Origin: Eledone cirrhosa
Lineage: Eukaryota
DNA length: 64,000 nucleotides
Assembly: GCA_964016885.1 (NCBI GenBank)
Contig: OZ024745.1
Span: forward strand, 85,250,001-85,314,000
Direction of reading: 5' to 3'
Below the pieces are notes generated by a model, which was not told the DNA's origin, searched no databases, and worked only from the letters and a program-made list of their open reading frames with translations. Made by a program: the position numbers and the translations under genes. Positions 61,462-64,000 of the stretch are shown here, piece after piece (the stretch's first letter is position 1; every line of letters starts with the position of its first letter).

Positions 61462-62176
61462 TATAGTAGAATAATCGAGTATCGAAAAATCGGCGCACGA
61501 GTTCACGATAAACAAAATTCGATATGAGCGGCAGAGGGCTCAATAATTTACATAAATCAGAGCTATAACTATCGTCAAAATACCGTCACACATAGAACAA
61601 GTCTATAATCAACCATACAACCGAAAAATTGCGATCTGGAAGATTCGGGACACTCAGATAAAAAATCAATAAATCAATAAATCAAATGAATGTAAAAAGC
61701 ATACCCGGACCCGCTAGAAAGATGGTAAATCTAGGTTCTTGGGTTTCTGTAAATCCTTAAACTGTCCTCTATCAGCTCACATAAAAATATATAAGACTTC
61801 TAGGTGCCAGCGGACGGGAGTTTACTTCCTCAACGAGCTTTGTCCAAACGAATGAAAAGGCATAACCCAGGCTAAATACGCACATGGAATTCAGCAAGGG
61901 AGATAACCTCTATATCCGCGAAAAATATTCGGGAAAATGTGGAAATACACATATCGAAAAAGAGTGCTCAATAGACATGTTAAAATAAACAGGAGCTATT
62001 CATCATTTAATAGAATCGACAAAAAATGAACAATAAAATTAACTGGTCAATAGCTAGGTCTAGAGCTAAATATAGTAGAATAATCGAGTATCGAAAAATC
62101 GGCGCACGAGTTCACGATAAACAAAATTCGATATGAGCGGCAGAGGGCTCAATAATTTAGATAAATCAGAGCTATA
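61462..62176. repeat. 609-bp unit with ~105-bp terminal direct repeat, between TA arrays
   Basis: 61462-61567 is repeated at 62071-62176. Confidence 0.8.
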
Positions 62177-62761
62177 TATATATATATATATAATATATAT
62201 AATATATATAATATATATATAATATATATATATATACTATATATATATATAATATATATATATATATTATATATATATTATATATATATATATATATAAT
62301 ATATATATATATATATAATGTATATATATTATATATATATATAATATATATATATATATAATATATATATATATAATATATATATATATATAATATATAT
62401 ATATAATATATATATATGTATATAATATATATATTATATATATATAATATATATATATATATAATATATATATATATAATATATATATATATAATATATA
62501 TATATATATAATATATATATATAGATAATATATATATATATGTATAATATATATATATATATAATATAGGTATATATAATATATATATGTGTATAATATA
62601 TATATAGAAATATATAATATATATATAATATATATATATGTATAATATATATATATACATAATATATATATATATATATAATATATATATATGTATAATA
62701 TATATATATATATAATATATATTTAATATATATATATGTATAATATATATATATATACATA

Positions 62762-62792
<31 letters not shown>

Positions 62793-62796
62793 ATAT

Positions 62797-63180
62797 TTAT
62801 TAAAATAACAGATTAAAGTTTAAGCAAAGAATCGCTGCTTTCACCCTTAACGGGATCTTCTGAAACTAACAAAGTCAATCTGTAAACGCAGAACTGGATA
62901 TTTCAAAAAACGTTGCGTTCTTTGTAGAAATATTCAGATGTTGTTTCTGCATGATGAATACAAAGAACGCAACGTTTTTTGAAATATCCAGTTCTGCGTT
63001 TACAGTTTGACTTGGTTAGTTTCAGAAGATTCCGTTAAGGGTGAAAGCAGCGATTCTTTGCTTAAACTTTAATCTGTTATTTTAATAAATATTTGCTCTT
63101 CGGTTCTTATTTTATCTGATATATATTTTCCTTATCGAACCCTCTCTGGATTTTAGTCTTCAATTTTATTATTATTACTA
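62797..63180. mobile_element. Fold-back HHR element
   Basis: Arms at 62797-62924 and 62970-63092. HHR-like 63019-63067(+) and 62818-62866(-): GTTT-CAGAAGA-t-CCC-gttaa-GGG-t-GAAAGCA-gcgattctt-TGCT-T-AAAC. Confidence 0.75.
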
Positions 63181-63189
63181 TATATATAT

Positions 63190-64000
<811 letters not shown>

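Overview
AT-rich eukaryotic (animal) DNA made almost entirely of repeats. I find no host gene, rRNA, tRNA or CRISPR. The SINE and microsatellite content suggests a cephalopod such as octopus (inference). Nearly all '[12 protein letters not shown]' ORFs are translations of (TA)n/(CA)n arrays. The real coding remnants are: Penelope-like retroelements (PLEs; RT plus C-terminal GIY-YIG) of two lineages, YVDD-type and YRDD-type; an R4/Dong-like LINE end in (TAA)n; CR1-group LINE fragments; and a mariner relic. There are also tRNA-derived SINEs and a non-coding LTR element. The main hidden signal is type I hammerhead-ribozyme (HHR) motifs in about a dozen unrelated repeat families. They occur in PLE pseudo-LTRs and in small non-coding elements that sit in (TA)n as partial tandems (422, 466 and 694 bp units, one HHR per unit) or as fold-backs. 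One family shows compensatory stem changes, two HHRs have a U3-A8 core, and two 26-nt fragments start at a predicted cleavage site next to PLE tails. Together this suggests a community of PLE-dependent, retrozyme-like elements that target TA repeats. All folds and coordinates were worked out by eye and may be off by a few nt.
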